Shown here one piece after another: positions 1-13,936 of a DNA stretch of 64,000 nt. A program made the position numbers and the translations under genes. Source of the stretch: Chara braunii (lineage: Eukaryota; Plantae; Charophyceae); assembly GCA_003427395.1 (NCBI GenBank), contig BFEA01000030.1, forward strand, positions 4,549,244-4,613,243, written 5' to 3'. A model generated the notes under the pieces. It had not been told where the DNA came from, ran no database searches, and was given only the letters and a program-made list of their open reading frames with translations. The number at the start of each line of letters is the position of its first letter. The first letter of the stretch is position 1.

Positions 1-2418
1 TGCGCGGGGCTGCTGAGGGGGAACATGAGGGCTTTGATAGGTGACGGGCGTAAGCGGGGGTCGGTTGGGCAGGTTGCATGGATGCCCTCGCTTCTTTTTC
101 GTTTTTATTGGAGATCGTCGGGCCAGTGCTGGGAAAGTCTCGCGTCGACGATTGAGTAACCGCGCCCTAGCGAGCGCGAGAAATAACGGTTGTCATAGCT
201 TCTTTCTTGTTCTGCTGAGAGCACTAGGAATTTTTGAGCAATTAGCGCGCGGGAATTTTCGTTTTAAAAATTTGAACTAATGTCGAGCCCTCGCAGGCTC
301 TCGGAATTGTTTTTCTTTTGGAATTTTCTTTTGCAATAGGGATTTAGACTAGGAATTTAGGCACCTTGCAATTTGGTTGCAAGACGCTTCTTACTCGCAC
401 GCGCCGTGCCTCGACAGGGTCTGGGCTCTGATTTCCATCCGCGCCTTAATCCTGTGTGTAACTGTAGCTTTTGGCGGGCGCAATCGCAACTGTAATCTTC
501 TTGTTCTTGATGGTCTTTGTGTTTCTCTCTTTCCCGCCTCGTCTTCGTATGCACACTCTCCTCCTCTGTTCTAAGTGGTCCCCACGTTGCATGCCCGGAA
601 CGATGCGCGAAGAGTGGCTCCGTCCCTCGCGCCGCGACCTGGACGTGCAGACGTACGCACTTCCTCCCTTCTCTTTCTCATCACTTGGGCTAGTCCCGTA
701 TCCTTCGCGCAAGCTTGCATGCTATAAATTTCGCAAGCGCGATTAGTTGTCTTTCTAAGAATCTCGAGGTTAGCGTGATCAGTGAGGGTCGGCTAACGAG
801 CAAGTTGGGAAGGTGAGTGAGTATGAGAGTTGGGCGATCCGACGAACTGGTGCTGAGTGTGCGGGGTTGACGCGTGGCCACGAAGGACTGTGGCACGTGG
901 GCGAACCTGGCTTGCGCACTCAGGCCAAGCTGGGTGACGACTTTGTGTGGCTTTGGGGATGCGGGGCGACGGACTGCCCGCATCAAGAAAGAGAGAGAGA
1001 GAGAGCGGGACGGGGATATGGTGGACGAGTGTCTTCTTCTCCCTACCTTCTATGTATAGTTTTGATTCCAACGTTGGTCAATTTTGTTGCGGCGCCTTCG
1101 GATTTCTTGTGTGAATCATCTCGGACTATCTGCTTTGTGTGTATGGATGCATGAGGGTCAATGAACTCGCGTCCCCTCCTTTGAGTTGTCCTTAATCTCC
1201 AATTTTTTTTTGCTCAATTCTAATTTTGTCACTTTCGAGTATGCGTTGCAAAAAATTTGGTTCCCGCAGGTTGGGCCAAATATGTCCCTCGTGCGCGCGT
1301 CTGATCACCTGTTTTTGAGTCGCGCATGATTGCGAGGATCACAGGGTGCGTTGGTTCTGGATGCTAAACTAACTCTGCCCACTTATGTATATGATGGTGT
1401 GAGCATGTATGCAATGATTAGTGTTGCCTGAGATTTGGATAACAGTTGCACGGAAAGACTAACTGCAGGCATATCGGATAAATAGACACGCAGGTAACTC
1501 GCTCATTGACAAGGTACCCACACACAGTCTGTGATCTGATCGGCCGTCTCACGCGCACGCATGCATAAGGTAGCCACCCGCAAAAGTGACCTGCAGCCTA
1601 CTCGCGCGCGTGCAAGAGTCAACCCGACCCCGCTCGACAAAGATGCCTGCAGAAATTTCCGCTAAGTAGGATAATGCGATCAAAACTCCTTTCTGGATCA
1701 CCGATCACGAGAGCCTGAGAGATCCGGAATACCGAGCGTATCGGGAAAGGGAACAAGTCAGACGGTAACAGACCAGACGGCAACGAAACTTGCGGAATCC
1801 TGAGTACCCCTGCCGAACTGGAAACGAGCAACTGTGCACGGGCGATTTCCAGTTGGCAATAAACCGAGACTCACGGACCCCGGATTACCCCGACAGTCGA
1901 ACCCAACATTACCTTCTAACCCCGGGTTTCGTGGCCATCACCACTAACTTCCCTCCCTATTACATCATCCTCCCGTATCACCAACTACTCGTCGTCCCCT
2001 GGGAGTCCAGAGCCCGATTCTGGCCCCGACCGTTGTGCTCAAAGTGTCAGCAGCACGACGAGTACCATCCGATGGGGATCACTCGACGAACCCACTCCGA
2101 AACGGAACAACAAGAGCGCAGTTCGTCCTCATCAGCCTCGGAGACTTGCGTCGGCCGACAGCGGTACAAGCGTTCCCACTGGGACTCCCGTAGCGCCCCA
2201 CCCGAGCACCTTACGCGGCCCAGGCCGCGAGATCAGCGACCACCCCAACTCTGAGCCGAGAGAAACACTTGCACTTCTACCCCGGGAACTTGACACAGGA
2301 AATTCCAGTTCCGGCCTGGAACTCCACCCCCACTTTCCTAAAATCCTTGGCACACCCCTGTTCGCACTTCCAAGCTCACTACTACTCCGATAACAGGAAG
2401 TTGTGATGGGCGTGAGGT
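1..2418 (+). repeat. 5' LTR of family 1 (left end cut by window edge)
   Basis: Colinear with 13972-16508; followed directly by the PBS; carries ~105 bp (about 2221-2326) absent from the 3' copy. Confidence 0.9.
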
Positions 2419-2431
2419 TGGTATCGGAGCC
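2419..2431 (+). promoter_or_regulatory. Primer binding site, tRNA-iMet type
   Basis: TGGTATCGGAGCC vs canonical plant TGGTATCAGAGCC, at the LTR/internal boundary. Confidence 0.85.
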
Positions 2432-2587
2432 GACACGTGTTAAGACCCGAGATTGACAAGGGGCTCGAACCTTTTAAGCTCAACCGACCTGGCGACCCCA
2501 AAAAGGGGACGGTCTGCGCAAGGGAACGCGTCGGCACGCGAACCTATAGTAACAAGAAGCAAGTCTGCAGACAGATCAGCCGATAAC

Positions 2588-3895
2588 ATGAATGCCAACC
2601 AGGCCAATGCTAATCAAGCACAGGCTCACCAGGCACAGGGACGGCCAGGTGGTGGCCCAGTACTCGCCCCCCAGCCCGCACCTCAGCCTACACGTGTCCG
2701 CGCTCCGGCAGCCCCGCTAGATCTGTACTTATTCGATCCGGCGCACCACCTCGCAAGAGCCCGGCTGGCCACGCTCCGAGCACAGCAGTATGATAACGAT
2801 GAGGCAAGGATCAACATCCCCGCCTGGTTAGGAGGCAATGCCCACCACTGGTTCAATACTTACGTATGGACTGATCTCCCTACCTTCGAGAGAGATTTCC
2901 TCCATAGATTCGACTGCATCCATCCGGAGCAAGCGTTCTTCGTGATCAAGGACCGAGTACAGAAGCCCCTCGAATCTATTATGAAATACCGCAGCCGATT
3001 CTATCGATTATTCGTGAAGTTCCAGAGGGACGAAAAGGTAGGAAGGGACTTCTTCATAGACGAACTTCGAAGTAGAGCAATACGAGCCAAACTGCGAAAA
3101 CAGTTCTCCCCCATCACCTTCACCATGATACAGATCATGGACGCAACCGAGGAAATGAAGCGAAAATTCGTTGCCAGCTTCCTCGAAGGAGAAGACCACG
3201 CTAAAGAGGAAGACTCTATGGAACTTACCAGAGCAAGGATGAAATTAGCAGCACTCCAGCACAAGTTTGAAAACATGGGCTTTGTATCAGGTCCCGTCAC
3301 CTACCTGGAACAGGTGGCGACTCAACGACCCTCTCCCGAACAAGCGGCATGACCATCAGTGGCAAGAACGCCTGCTCAGACACCTGCGCCGGCGGGTAAG
3401 GCAAATGATTCAAATGCGATCCTGGACCTCACACGTACGTTAGTTAACCTCATGCAGGAAAGCAATAAGGAGAAGCACGAGTACAATACCCGAATGGAGT
3501 CGCTGATGCGCTCCATGCGCCCCATTAATGTTCGCGCCACCCCGTTCCCTATCGGAGCCCCTGTTGCAGCAGCAACAGCAGGAGCTGGTGTAAGTATGAC
3601 CCCCAGAACGGACACGTGTTACGCATGTCACCAGCCCGAAAACATGGCAAGGGACTGCCCCCAGAGGCAGGTACGGATAGGAGCAGCCCCAGCCACGGCC
3701 GCACCCCTGGCTAATGGACCAGGCCGAGTAGGAACGATGGTGGACGAGACCGACGGAGCGATGGTCACCGCTGCCATGATCGAAGAAGCCGCGGAATCGA
3801 TCCCCCTTGATCAATTTATATCGCTAGGATATCCAGGAATGGGTTTGATTGGGGCGATCCAACCTGCAGATGACAAACGAGACGTCTCGGAATGA
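2588..3895 (+). pseudogene. gag: gag (capsid-like region plus degenerate zinc knuckle), in-frame stop at 3350-3352
   Basis: ORFs 2453-3352 and 3359-3895 in one frame; AHHWF..W.DL..F..DFL.RF gag motif; CYACHQPENMARDC knuckle. Confidence 0.85.
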
Positions 3896-4596
3896 AGACC
3901 ATCCTCCAGTGAGATGGAATCCGGCGGCCCTGCATTCATCACTGGAAAGATCGATGTACTCGACATTGTTCGAGCGCTAGATCACCGCACCCCACTCCCA
4001 GTCGGGCATCTGCTATCCATATCGGAACAAGCCAATGATTGTATGCTCCAACATTGCAAGGCCAACCGAAAACGATTCTCACTCGCCAAGCTGGCCGCAG
4101 TTAAGGGGAAATCCCCCGTTATAGAAACGAAACCAGACGTACCCGGAACCTCGGAACCCGTGCGCCTGGGACTTATACAGAAAAACGATCACTTTCCGTG
4201 CATTAAAACCATTTCGTGGAAATCCGCGGAATGTGACGTGGAAATCTGGGGAGTACCGTATAGTGCGATCATCGATTCCGGAGCAGCCGTATTGGCCATA
4301 TCTCTGAGAGTAGTAGAGAGGGCGGGTCGAAGGAAGGATCTAATTCCACTCACCAATGGGGACCGCCTGATCTCGGCAGACGGGGAAAAGATCCGAGCGG
4401 TCGGGAGAATGACAAATGTTGCCTTTGGACTGGGGAATGTCCACGCCTTGGGAGACGTAGTGGTGCTCAATGTAACCTCGTATGATGTCCTCCTTGGGCT
4501 ACCCGCTTTAAACGCTTTCCAGGTCAGCCTGGACTTCCAGCAACAGGTAGTAGTTCTCAAAAACATGGGTGGCAAGCCATATACAATTCCTATGCA
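3896..4596 (+). pseudogene. Aspartic protease region of pol
   Basis: AIIDSGAAV catalytic motif and YDVLLGLPAL; homology ends at the insertion at 4597. Confidence 0.88.
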
Positions 4597-5800
4597 ACGG
4601 GCGGGGAGGTATCCGCTACGACTTAATGTGGCCACTCCTCTCTGCCTGCAGTGTAGACCACCCCAACACCTCCACAAGCACCCTGACCAGTCTGTTATGC
4701 TCCCTGCACAGATGAACCCCTACCAACCGGCGGTGACTAGCGGCCCCCTTTTTCCTTTTTGGACCTCTCCAGTCAGCTCCCCTTTCCAAGATCCATTGCC
4801 GCTCACCCACACCTATTGTGTTTCTGTCCATAGAGTACTCATAACCAGTAAAGCGTCGGCTTTCCAGAGCTTCTTTTCAACCCAGGTCTCCCATTGCCAA
4901 GAGCAGGGCAGCAACAGCACAAGCGAGCACAGGAGGACAGAACTGCATACCCACTCACCCCAGGGGCGAGCTCAAGAAGCAAGAGAAACCCGTTGCACTA
5001 TTTTGAACAGAACAAACTGGCGCCAGATAAAAGCTTGCGGAACTTGGCTGCCTTTGAAGTGCTGCACACGGGCACCAGTTCGGACAGTTCGCCCTGCGTA
5101 TGCTCCCCGACTGCGACTGCAGAGTGCAACTCTCACTACCCGGCACTGCCAACTGTGTAAGCCCACAATTCCAGAACCCTCAACCCACCATAGACAGCAA
5201 GAGCATGACAACTCCCACCCAGTGTATACCATCCGCTCGCGACTAACAAAAGGTAAAGGGGGGCGAGACCCGATCAGCACAGTGAGACCCACTGGATATG
5301 GGCATGCACAGGACTTGATCACAACCTGCAATGAAAGGCACAGGCTCCTTGAGCTCATCACTCCATGACGCCAGAACGGTAGACTAACGAGTAAGCCAGA
5401 ACGGTAGACTAACGAGTAAGCTCTCTCCCTCTCCTTCTCTGCTGAGACTCCCTCGCCTCACGTCTGCATGCCGAGCTTCACCACGAATGCGATCAACCGC
5501 ATTCGCTATTCGGTGCGCCAGAAAGTAGGACATAACTCAGATAGCCCAAGCACATAACTCAGGTAGCCCGCATATACCCCGCTAAGCCCACAACGCAATA
5601 AAAAATAATAAAAACATAAAAATATAAATAAAAAAATCAGGAGCCGGATGCATTAAAAAAATAAAATTTCATTGCCTTGAGTGAACACCCACAGAAGTCA
5701 GCCACAAGCGGGTGCGTTTNNNNNNNNNNNNNNNNNNNNNNNNNNNNNNNNNNNNNNNNNNNNNNNNNNNNNNNNNNNNNNNNNNNNNNNNNNNNNNNNN

Positions 5801-5892
<92 letters not shown>
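5801..5892. repeat. Compound (TC)n(AC)n microsatellite next to N-gap
   Basis: Seen directly. Confidence 0.97.
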
Positions 5893-5896
<4 letters not shown>

Positions 5897-6937
5897 GCAT
5901 GCGCGCCCGAATGTGCAAATGCGCTATTCGAGCTCCTCAGGTAACACGCCAGCTATGAAGTCAAGCGCTATCGTTCCAAGACAACAACTACGACCCAAGC
6001 GATGAGGATGATCACGGCCCATCAACTACGAAGGTGGCAGCAATAGTTGATGATGGCAACCCCGACGAGTGTCAGGAACGATCCTAACAGTGTAGAGAAT
6101 ATTCGCGGAAGAGGAAGATGATGACCGCTGCCTGACGACGAAGAAGACTGCTGTGACGGCGATGAAGACGACGATTATATGACGACGAAGGGGACCGATT
6201 GGAGCTGAGGAAAATTGTGTCCAAGGTGGTAATGACAACGGACACCTTCTTTCCATTGTCGTGACCTTCATCCTTTCCGCTCCTCCTTTTTCTTCTTCTT
6301 CTTACACCTCTCCGTCACTCGATCTTCCTCTTACCCCCTCATACCAGCGGAAAACTCCACATTCACACCCTTTGCCAACTTCCAATGTATCTGGTTGCTA
6401 TTGTGGCTACATTCATTAGTTGAGATCGGAAACATAAACCGTGCCTCCTTTGATGCCTCTTTTGGATGCATCTGACCGTGATCTCGGTCGGATCCAACAA
6501 AAGAACAAAAAATAATTCACTGTAAACACGGCGACCTCCTCCTCCATGCACGTTTTCCCTCTCCTCTTCCGTTTGTGCTCCAACCGCGCATGCCTCCTCT
6601 CCTGCGAAATTTTCCCTTTTTGCACTCGTTTCGCCTCCTGCGCGTCTCCTTCATGCGTGCGTCTGTCACTTCGGCCTTTCACTCTCGTCTGCTCTTCCGT
6701 TGATCTCTATGTCTGTCTGACTGTGTTGTTGCAGTCTTCAGCCTGTCCATGCGTGTCTTCTCTTCTTCGTAATGCGCAGTCGAGCAAAGCAGCGCTAGTA
6801 ATAATGATAATACATCGAATGTATATAAGCTATCTTTCCGGTCGAGTACAGTCGAAATGAAGGGGTGTTGGGCTTGGGGGATGGTCGCCTGACTGTAGCG
6901 GCGACTATCAATGGTGATCGGGTAGCATTCCCTCTCT

Positions 6938-6996
<59 letters not shown>

Positions 6997-7174
6997 TGCT
7001 TCACTCTCGGCGCTGCTACCTCCCGCACGCTAGCTCCTTGGCTGAACTCCCGTCTCTCACCGCCGCTATCTCGGGTGTATCTGGCCGTATCAGCGGTTGG
7101 ATACATTCAAAAAAAAGAAAAGAAAACGAGCTCCGCCGCAAGGCTGCAAACAGCAAGCTGACGCGGCTTCAGTG

Positions 7175-7177
<3 letters not shown>

Positions 7178-7244
<67 letters not shown>

Positions 7245-7252
7245 CGCGCGCG
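7178..7252. repeat. Compound (TC)n(GC)n microsatellite
   Basis: Seen directly. Confidence 0.97.
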
Positions 7253-8671
7253 CCCTCCTCTCCCTTTCGTCCGCTGTCCCCCTAGCGCCCGTGCTCCTCT
7301 TCCCCTACTTGCTTCTCCCCTCCTCCCGTGCACTTCAGGTGCCCCTTTCGTCCACGTCTGTGCGCTGGCTGACGCCCCTCTCCCTCCGTGCCGGCACTCC
7401 ACGCGCCGTCCTCCGTACACGTCCGTGCGCTGCTCGCCTACCTCTTCCCCCGCTGGCTCCTCCTCCCCCGGTACGAGTGCTCCGATGGGCGCTGTACGTT
7501 CACTCCCCTTGCCTCCCCAGGCAAAAGTTGCCCCCCGCTGTCAGCTCCCCTCCTCCCTTCATGCTCCCCTGGTCAGCTCCGTCCAAATGTTGTTCTGACG
7601 TCTGCAGCTGCTGTTCCTGCTGGTGCGCACGTACGCGCCTCAAGACTCCGAGAGGCAGTTATCATGAACTGTCTCCCGTACACCTCCCCACCTTTTCCTG
7701 CACCCACCCACTTCTCTAGGCTAGGTACGTCCCTTTTCCAGCTCTACAGTGAGGCCACACCGTCCTTTCCATATGGTCGCCCGCACCTCAATTGCTTTGT
7801 CGTGGGCGGGAGATTTCAAAATTTCGTAAAATTTTTGTTTTCCCGCCGACCATGCTTCCTCTCTTCCTCGATCCTTGCCTGCCTGTTGGGCAGACCGCTC
7901 ATTTTCCCATAGTCGGCACCTGAGGAGGGGTTCAAACGAGCCTAAGTAGACCAAGCCCCCCCCACCAAGGCTCGCAAACTTGCAAATGCGACCCTCTCAA
8001 AGCGCCCTGCCTTATTTAGCCCTTTCGAGATGGCCCTCCGCGTCAATGACTCAAGATTCGTGTACACTTCTGCTCATGCAAGCACCCCCGTATTAGTCAC
8101 AAGCCTATGGGCGTGCCTGCGCACACATCCATACCACGTAGCTAGACCGATTTCCATACATGCCCACACACGAACCGCACAGCTCGTATTAACACCACAT
8201 AGTCGGCCTCCAATATCCCATCCGAACCGCCTGAAGCTATGTTGGTCCCGCGCCACACGGCGGACCACTGACAACGCTCCCAAAACCCGTAAGCGTTACA
8301 GCCGGCCGTTGTCAACCTTAGTCAGTTTCCTTTGTAGAAGTATGCCATGGCCGACTCCCATAGACGAACCCTCTTAACTGCGCCTTTCAGCCCTTGGTCC
8401 TATTCACCGTCACCCACCATCGCCGCTTCGCCCCAAGGCCAAATGTGTGGGAAGTCAGGCTCTCCGAGACCCCGGTTTTCCCCGTCCCCTTGTCATTCCC
8501 CCATACCTCACACGAACTGCCCGCACAAGCCCCTCACTCCCTGATTCGACAAAAAAACTCAATCATGCGCAGACAAAACCCCAAATCAAGCAAAAATGCC
8601 CAAAAACACATCCGAAACAAGCATACGCGTCCAAAAAAAAGGCCCGGCTGGTAGGCAGCCGCCCGACAACA

Positions 8672-11085
8672 TAGTGGTGCTCAATGTAACCTCGTATGAT
8701 GTCCTCCTTGGGCTACCCGCTCTAAACGCCCTCCAGGTCAGCCTGGACTTCGAGCAACAGGTAGTAGTTCTCAAAAACATGGGTCGCAAGCCATATACAA
8801 TTCCTATGCATCTCACCCTCCGCACGGCGGTTAACTCGACACGAAAGATCCAGCCAGGGGTAGTTGGGCCCATCCGAATGATCACACGGGAGGGACGGGC
8901 GGATGATTCAGAGACATCCAGCGAGAAACAGGTGTTGTCGCTTCCCGAAGATTCAGAGAGCGACGACGAAGCCGACTCGGTGATCCAGGAACTGACACGT
9001 AGAGTCATCAGTTAGTACCCGGTCCGGCAGAAAACGACGAGAACTTTCGTACTTACTGAAGAGAAAACCCGACGGACTCGGGCCCTGATCATGGGGGAAC
9101 CGTTAGTACAAGTGTCGAGACTGCCCGATTCTTCCGAACCCCCTCGGACCCTGTACGAGAGCACCACCCCGTTGCTTCCACGATATGTGCACAAACGATC
9201 CTTCTGCGACGTCACAGACTTACCTCCCCGATCGCTTCTTACCATGAAAAAGGAGATACGATTGTCGCGTCTGGGAGCGGAAACACAGATTCCAGAACCC
9301 CCTGGGTGCCCCGAAGCCTCGCTATTCGAAACTCGAATAGCAGTTGCCGAGAAATCAGTGGACCTTCGGGACATTGCGGATGGGATAACCCCCGAAGAAC
9401 ACGTGGCCATCCGGGAAAGCTCAGATGGTGGCCACTGTGTTCTCCTGGTGGTCGGAAATTCTTTCATCTCTTTCCCGCCGCCCCGAGACACGAAAACAAT
9501 ACGCACTAAGCACGTGACATCCGTCATTCACGGACAACCCTATGAATTACACGTACAGGAATGCGTGCCTGACGAAACCCACCGACTAATTGTGGATATC
9601 CTAACAGAGTATCGGGACGCTATCAGCATCAATGACGCAGATATCGGATTATCTCTGATAATTCAGCACGAGATCCAGACGGACAACCACCCGCCGATCC
9701 ATTGCAAACCTTATCGTTACTCGCTCTCGGAACGGAAGGCAGCACTCGAACGCATCCGTGAGTTCGAGGCCAATGGTTGGATAGAGACCGCTACGGGTCC
9801 TTGGTCTTTCCCCGTAGTTCTGGTTCGAAAGAAAAATGGGTCGATTCGCATATGCATCGGAACTTGAATGATATCACGATCAAGGATGTGTACCCCCTCC
9901 CTCGGATTGACGACTTGCTGGATGCGATTAGATGTGTTAATTATTTTAGTAAATTTGATATTCGGCACGGGTTCCACCATATCCTCGTAAAGGAGGAGGA
10001 TCGGTCGAAGACGACATTTGTACTATTTGAGGGCACGTGGCAATGGATCCGTTGTCCTATGGGTATATGCAATGCACCGGCGACCTTTCAGAGGGCGATG
10101 AATGCCACCTTTCATAACTTTGTAAACAAGATCGGGTTAACTCAGGAAATGATCAATTTTTGCGTTATTGTGTACGTGGACGATATTTTGGTGTATTCTG
10201 AGTCGTTCTATGGACACGCGCATCATATTGAATGGACACTTGGCGCGCTGCGGGACACTGGTTTCAAGATTGCGTTGGAGAAGAGCGAATTTTTCCAGTC
10301 CGATATCTCGTTTTTGGGGTACGTGGGAACTCGAGGAGGCTTGAGACCGGATTCGAGGAAAGTCGAGGCGGTTCGGGAGGCACCCACGCCCACGTCGTTG
10401 ACACAAGTCCGAGCCTTTCTAGGACTGGCCTCGTATTACCGACGGTTTATCAAGGGATTTGCGGCAATCGCTCGGCCTTTGACGAACCTCCTACGGAAGG
10501 ACCAGCCGCTGAACTGGGACCCGGAGTGTGAACAGGCCTTTTCCACTCTGAAGGAGTCCCTGGCCACCGCGCCTATTTTAATCCGGCCTGATCCCGAGTG
10601 GCAGTTCCTACTCATTACTGACTGGCAGCCCGAAGCAATCTCCGCTATCCTGGCTCAGAAAGGGAAGGACGGCCGGGAACACGTGGTTGAGTATGCTTCG
10701 CGGACGGTGCCGGACGAGAGAAATAATAACTCAGCGCCTCAAGGGGAACGCTATATTGTGGTCTGGGGAATTCAGCACTTCCACCCGTATCTCTACGGGC
10801 AGAAGTTCCTCCTCGTAACGGACCACGAACCCTTGCTGGCACTCAAGAAGCTGACAAACTACAAAGGAATGATCGGGCGATGGGCAGTGAGGCTGCAGGA
10901 GTATGATTTCGACATCGTCCATCGGAAAACGGAGAGACACGAAAACGCAGACGGATTGACACGTCTACACAAGCCAGGCAAGATGTCACGTGGCGAAGAG
11001 ATCACTCCGTGGAAGTAACCGGAGCAGCCCAAGGGACCCGGGTACGGCCAAGTGAGGGTTCTCCTTCGACAAATGAAGAAGTGAC
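8672..11085 (+). pseudogene. pol: pol: protease end, reverse transcriptase and RNase H (frameshifted)
   Basis: [79 protein letters not shown]. Confidence 0.95.
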
Positions 11086-11379
11086 ATGTGTCCCCATGGC
11101 GGCCCCGGGCCAAAGGGACAAAAATGTTGAGGGCTTTCTCTCTCCTTCCTCATCCTCACTATTTTCCTTACCCGATCGTTTTTGTCTTCTCTGTGAGTCT
11201 ATCTCGCGAGTCCATTCCGTTTCGGTTAAGCCACGAAACGAGGGTTACGTTGAATGGGTAGAGTGTGCTAAGTACGTGGCAAGAACCCACGGGTCATGTG
11301 TTCAGTATGGGAATCCCCAGAAGCAGTGACTCTGCCATCTTTGCCGTATTGATAAGATTTCGACGGAGGCTCGATTGCT

Positions 11380-12160
11380 GGAGGCGACGTGGGAAGGTCT
11401 AGAAATGACACTATAGTTTAGACGGGCGGAAGTATGGACAGATGTCGTCCTAATAGCCACAGTTGTCAGGAATTCTCTCTGAGAATTCTCTAAGGAAGAT
11501 CGAAGGCGGACCAATAAGAGGGCACGAGATTATAGGTGGAACAAAGGACGGTTAGAGAAAAGGAAAACGGATAGAAGCGGAATCTGGATGATGGTACCGC
11601 ACCCATTCATGAGGTATGACTGGGTACGGGCTGCGCATGAGGAGACGGCCGCACATTTCGCTGTCAGAATTACCGAGGCAGCCATCGATAAAAACGAGTG
11701 GTACTGGTCCAATATCCGGAATGACATTAAATTTATTGTTAAAATTTGTCCCGTCTGTCCCGCCGACAAAGCGCCGATTCAACCACCTAGGTCGATAGTG
11801 CCCACTATAGTTCAACGGCCATTCCAAAGGGTTAGCATGGATACGACGGATATCATCGTGGCCCTTGGACTGAATAGCTCTGAGTATTCAATTCTTTTGG
11901 TATTCGTTGACCACTTTTCGAAGTGGATCGAGGCGTACCCCTGTCGAACAAGACAGACAGCGAAAATAGCGTGGCATGTCAACCGTTTCCTCGGGATGCA
12001 TCAGGATACTGAGGAAATCCTTACGGACAATAGAGCAGAATTTTGAGGCGAAGTCATGAGGAACCTGGTCGTGCATGGGGTGTTTATTCATAATACCGAC
12101 CCCCGTATGTCTCAATCGAATGGCCTCGTTGAAAACGCCAACCGAGTAATTAAAACCTAT
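11380..12160 (+). pseudogene. Integrase (HHCC plus DDE core), C-terminally truncated
   Basis: AHEETAAHF...CPVC; VSMD, FVDHFSKW, LTDNRAEF*, SNGLVENANRVIK. Confidence 0.9.
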
Positions 12161-12379
12161 GTTGCACGCCCGGCCGCGGCCGGGGGGTCCGAATCAACCG
12201 CGGCCTCGGCCGATGGCCGAATCGGCTCGGTTCGGCCTAGGCCGACCAGCCGAGTTGCGTGCAGGATTTTTTTTTTTTTTCACTTACCGTCTTCTCGCAT
12301 CCCCAATAAACGATCACAGGTTCTCCACCTTTAGCCTCCCCTTTGCCCTCCCTGTCTTCCGGCAATCAACGCTCTATCC

Positions 12380-13310
12380 TCGTCTCTCTTTCCGAGTACA
12401 ACCACTGACGGTCCCTCTTATTAAGCCTGAACAGTGGCAAGGGTGGTGGCAAACTTACGAGGCTCTATCTCTGTGCTTAGTCGAGATCAGGCTAAAGTGG
12501 ACCAGAGACAACATTCACCCCGCCGCGAACGAGGACGTGGAATTGCTCATTATTCAGGCGTGGAGAACGGCGGTGGAAGGGGATTTATTGGGATTCGTCT
12601 TCGGGTCAGTGGAGGAAGGACATCGGCAGCCGATCGTTGGGGAACTCTTGATCCTCCTAACACAGCTGCTGGACGATTTGCCGATCGACATCGTCTTGCA
12701 TTGCGATGAGAGTCCGGCGCCACATATTCTCTCTCGCACCCTGACGCCATATCTACAGTGGTCGGCGTGCTTGGAGGGCGATTGGGACAACCGTAGTTAC
12801 CCGTCACACGGTAACTACCTAAACTCCGCAGAGATAATCGACATCCTCTTCGTGGATCGAGGGCAGCATACGTAAGAAGAAGAAGAAGAAGAAGAGGAAG
12901 AGGGAGACGAATCGGAATATACCCCCGAAGAGAACGGGTATTACAGCGAGCACAGTGAGCATGGGTCGGGGGCAATAAGTGAAGAGGAGGAGGAGGACGA
13001 GAGTGAGGAAGAAGGGGCGGGACAGGCGGAAACACAGCAAGAGGATCCGCTGAGGCCGAGCGACGCCGGGCAGAAATTGCGGAGGAAAAGCGGACGTTGG
13101 AACAAGCGGCGGGGACTGATTTGCCGATCCCAAACGATTCGACCAGAGATCCGGAGCCGCCAACGGAGGAAGATAAGCGTTGCGCCGCATAGACCTCGAG
13201 CACACCGACACGGAGGCAACGAAGTCGATCCCCCTCCCCTTCCCCCCGTCCCTCAGTTCGAGCACGTGCTGATGCGGGGCATCGGGCTACGTCCCCGGTC
13301 ATTATCCCGT
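12380..13310 (+). pseudogene. Additional post-integrase ORF of unknown function with long acidic tract
   Basis: Protein-like frame (VELLIIQAWRTAVEGDLLGFVFG...LQWSACLEG) continuing past a TAA at 12873 into an E/D-rich stretch. Confidence 0.6.
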
Positions 13311-13936
13311 CGCCCCCTTGATTACCTCACGCTCTGGCAAATCGACACCCCGCTCGTCTTTCCCCAAAATCCCTTCCCCTCCTCCCTCTTCTACCAATTC
13401 TACACCACCCGCCTCGCCGCCACAATATACCCGCACCCCACTACTCAATGCGTCTTTTCCTCCTTTTGCCTTCACATCCTTCTTTTCAGCGCCTCATGGC
13501 GGGATCACAATGTGATCCGAGTTTACTGCACAATCACAGGGACTATCCCTGTGTGTACAGACCACGAGCAGTTCCGCGTGGCCGTGCTTCGTACCCTTTT
13601 CCACCCTCTATCCTGATTACCTTGCTTCCCTTCCCTATGGCAGCCGTCGTTTCCCGCTCATACACCGCACTGTCCGATACCTTGAACTTCCTGCAACAGT
13701 AGCAGGGATGGCAAGCTTCTTACCCGCACTCCCTAGAGAACATTCCCCACCCCCCACACCCGCATTTCGACTCCCTTACCCCCCTTCCTCGGAACACTAA
13801 AAATGGGTGCAAGGATCAGGACGTGTCAACAAGATGACTTCCACACTCTTATCCTACGATAATGACACCTGCACCTTGAAAGATATGAGTGCAAGTGGGA
13901 GCTTGCACAAGATTGGAACCCCCTGGGCGTCACATA

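Larger units (their letters stand above)
4597..8671. mobile_element. ~4 kb non-coding insertion in pol, possibly a solo-LTR-like sequence of another family
   Basis: Flanked by a 139-bp duplication of protease sequence; short inverted CGGGCGG/CCGCCCG near the ends; rich in (TC)n, (AC)n, (CG)n. Confidence 0.65.

Noticed and set aside
3914-5368. 484-aa intact protease fusion protein
   Set aside because: Homology stops at 4596; the rest is chance read-through into the insert.
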